Shown here piece after piece: positions 63,121-64,000 of a stretch of DNA of 64,000 nt. Position 1 is the stretch's first letter. Each line of letters starts with the position of its first letter. The stretch covers positions 103,174-167,173 of the forward strand of contig JBBQZX010000009.1 in assembly GCA_038207335.1 (NCBI GenBank), read 5' to 3'. The notes beneath the pieces are model-generated. The model searched no databases. It had not been told where the DNA came from and saw nothing but the letters and a program-made list of their open reading frames with translations. Source of the stretch: Chthoniobacterales bacterium. Its GTDB lineage: Bacteria > Verrucomicrobiota > Verrucomicrobiia > Chthoniobacterales > Chthoniobacteraceae. The translations under genes and the position numbers were made by a program.

Positions 63121-63501
63121 CTATTCGGACTTTTTTCGTGGCTTCGCCGCCGCCTTCGGACGCGACCTTTCATCGTCTTGAAGCTGGCGCATGTGACCCC
63201 AAATCTTCATGTAGGCCGGCACTTTATGTTTCTGGGTCGGCGAGGCACCAACGGCACTTTTGAAGTTCCTGTAGTCGATGCTTCCCGTGAGGAAATTGAC
63301 GAGCCCCATCATCTTCATTTTCGGAATGAGGATGCGATAGCCGTAATCGCCGCGCGGCGTGTCGATGATCTCCGCCTCAACTCCCGACGCTTCGATGAGC
63401 TGTTCCAAATCGGCTCGCTCCCGAGCGCGCATCTGGTAGAGGGATTCATCTTCGGGATAAACCGTGACGCTGAAAAAACCTTGTTCGGTGAAAAGCCACA
63501 T
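63121..63501 (-). CDS. Conserved hypothetical phage-type protein
   Basis: MWLFTEQGFFSV…RAR…DYGYRI…IDYRNFK pattern, recalled from uncharacterised phage/MGE proteins. Confidence 0.65.
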   Translation of the reverse strand: MWLFTEQGFFSVTVYPEDESLYQMRARERADLEQLIEASGVEAEIIDTPRGDYGYRILIPKMKMMGLVNFLTGSIDYRNFKSAVGASPTQKHKVPAYMKIWGHMRQLQDDERSRPKAAAKPRKKSE

Positions 63502-63559
63502 GGGGCGAAGGTTACTCGCCCTTGTCCGGCGGCGGCAACCTCGCGAATGTGCCGCCACG

Positions 63560-63964
63560 ATGACTCCGCAAAGCGTGCTTACTGCAATGATGCCCGGCGG
63601 TGCCGTGTTGTGGTTGGACGGACTGTTTTACGTGTGCCTCCACGCGGAATTCATCGGCGACGATCGATTATTTTTCATCGCGCACCCGGCGCAGAGTCAG
63701 GCCGACGCCCACACGATCAAATTCACGCGCGCGGAAACGCCGTGGGATCGCGACGTTTCGATGTTCGACGCCGCGGGCATCATGTTCGCCGATTTGGTGC
63801 CGGCGATCGAATGCCCAGAAGTGGACGCGAACGACGTGCGGGCGGTGTTGGCCGGGTTCCGCGCACCGTTGGAAGATCCTCAGAACGCGACCACGTGGGC
63901 CGAATTCGTGGCGCGCGAGCGGCCGCGGAGGCGTCGCCGGAAACCATCGGAGCGCGCGTTGTAG
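63560..63964 (+). CDS. Hypothetical protein
   Basis: Open frame with plausible composition, divergent from 63121..63501; no motif recognised. Confidence 0.45.
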   Translation: MTPQSVLTAMMPGGAVLWLDGLFYVCLHAEFIGDDRLFFIAHPAQSQADAHTIKFTRAETPWDRDVSMFDAAGIMFADLVPAIECPEVDANDVRAVLAGFRAPLEDPQNATTWAEFVARERPRRRRRKPSERAL

Positions 63965-64000
63965 CGGATTCGCCGTCTCGGTATCGCAGCGGGGCAAAGC

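Larger units (their letters stand above)
60870..64000. mobile_element. Left end of a putative integrative element / phage satellite at tRNA-Gly
   Basis: Composition and codon usage change right after the tRNA; xis-like, Rep-like and TerS-like genes; AGTGAGAAC direct repeat near the junction. No integrase or second att site in the window. Confidence 0.7.

Noticed and set aside
1..64000. CRISPR array, rRNA, IS transposase or integrase
   Set aside because: None seen; the repeats are intragenic domain repeats or the two palindromic elements.

Overview
GC-rich bacterial DNA, very probably Verrucomicrobiota (Chthoniobacter/Spartobacteria-like), judged from a PVC small basic signature protein, a PVC-type CxxCH protein, an IEPLESRIAPA (LEPR-XLL-like) N-terminus, a PEP-CTERM protein and SD-less pyrimidine-rich leaders. 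Large surface proteins dominate: a damaged SdrD-B/isopeptide adhesin running off the left edge, a passenger-less inverse-autotransporter-type barrel followed by a 2953-aa adhesin and a truncated periplasmic adaptor, an RCC1/NxxGxxAF protein, a PEP-CTERM beta-helix protein, and a protein with about 17 Calx-beta domains. Also present: an EPS export cluster (pseudokinase-coiled coil-FGE fusion, OM barrel, short Wza, Wzc with Walker B D->N), a LuxR-type response regulator, pirin, clpB, gmd, a MarR-RND operon, and tRNA-Gly(TCC) followed by the start of an integrated element (xis-like, rolling-circle Rep II/X-like, TerS-like). Most notable: (1) a possible split/two-partner inverse-autotransporter system; (2) an EPS operon with two catalytically degenerate kinases; (3) a satellite-like element pairing rolling-circle Rep with TerS; (4) multi-kb G/C-skew oscillations independent of gene direction, with one switch at an inverted pair of REP/MITE-like elements. 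All family calls come from motif recognition by eye; no searches were run.
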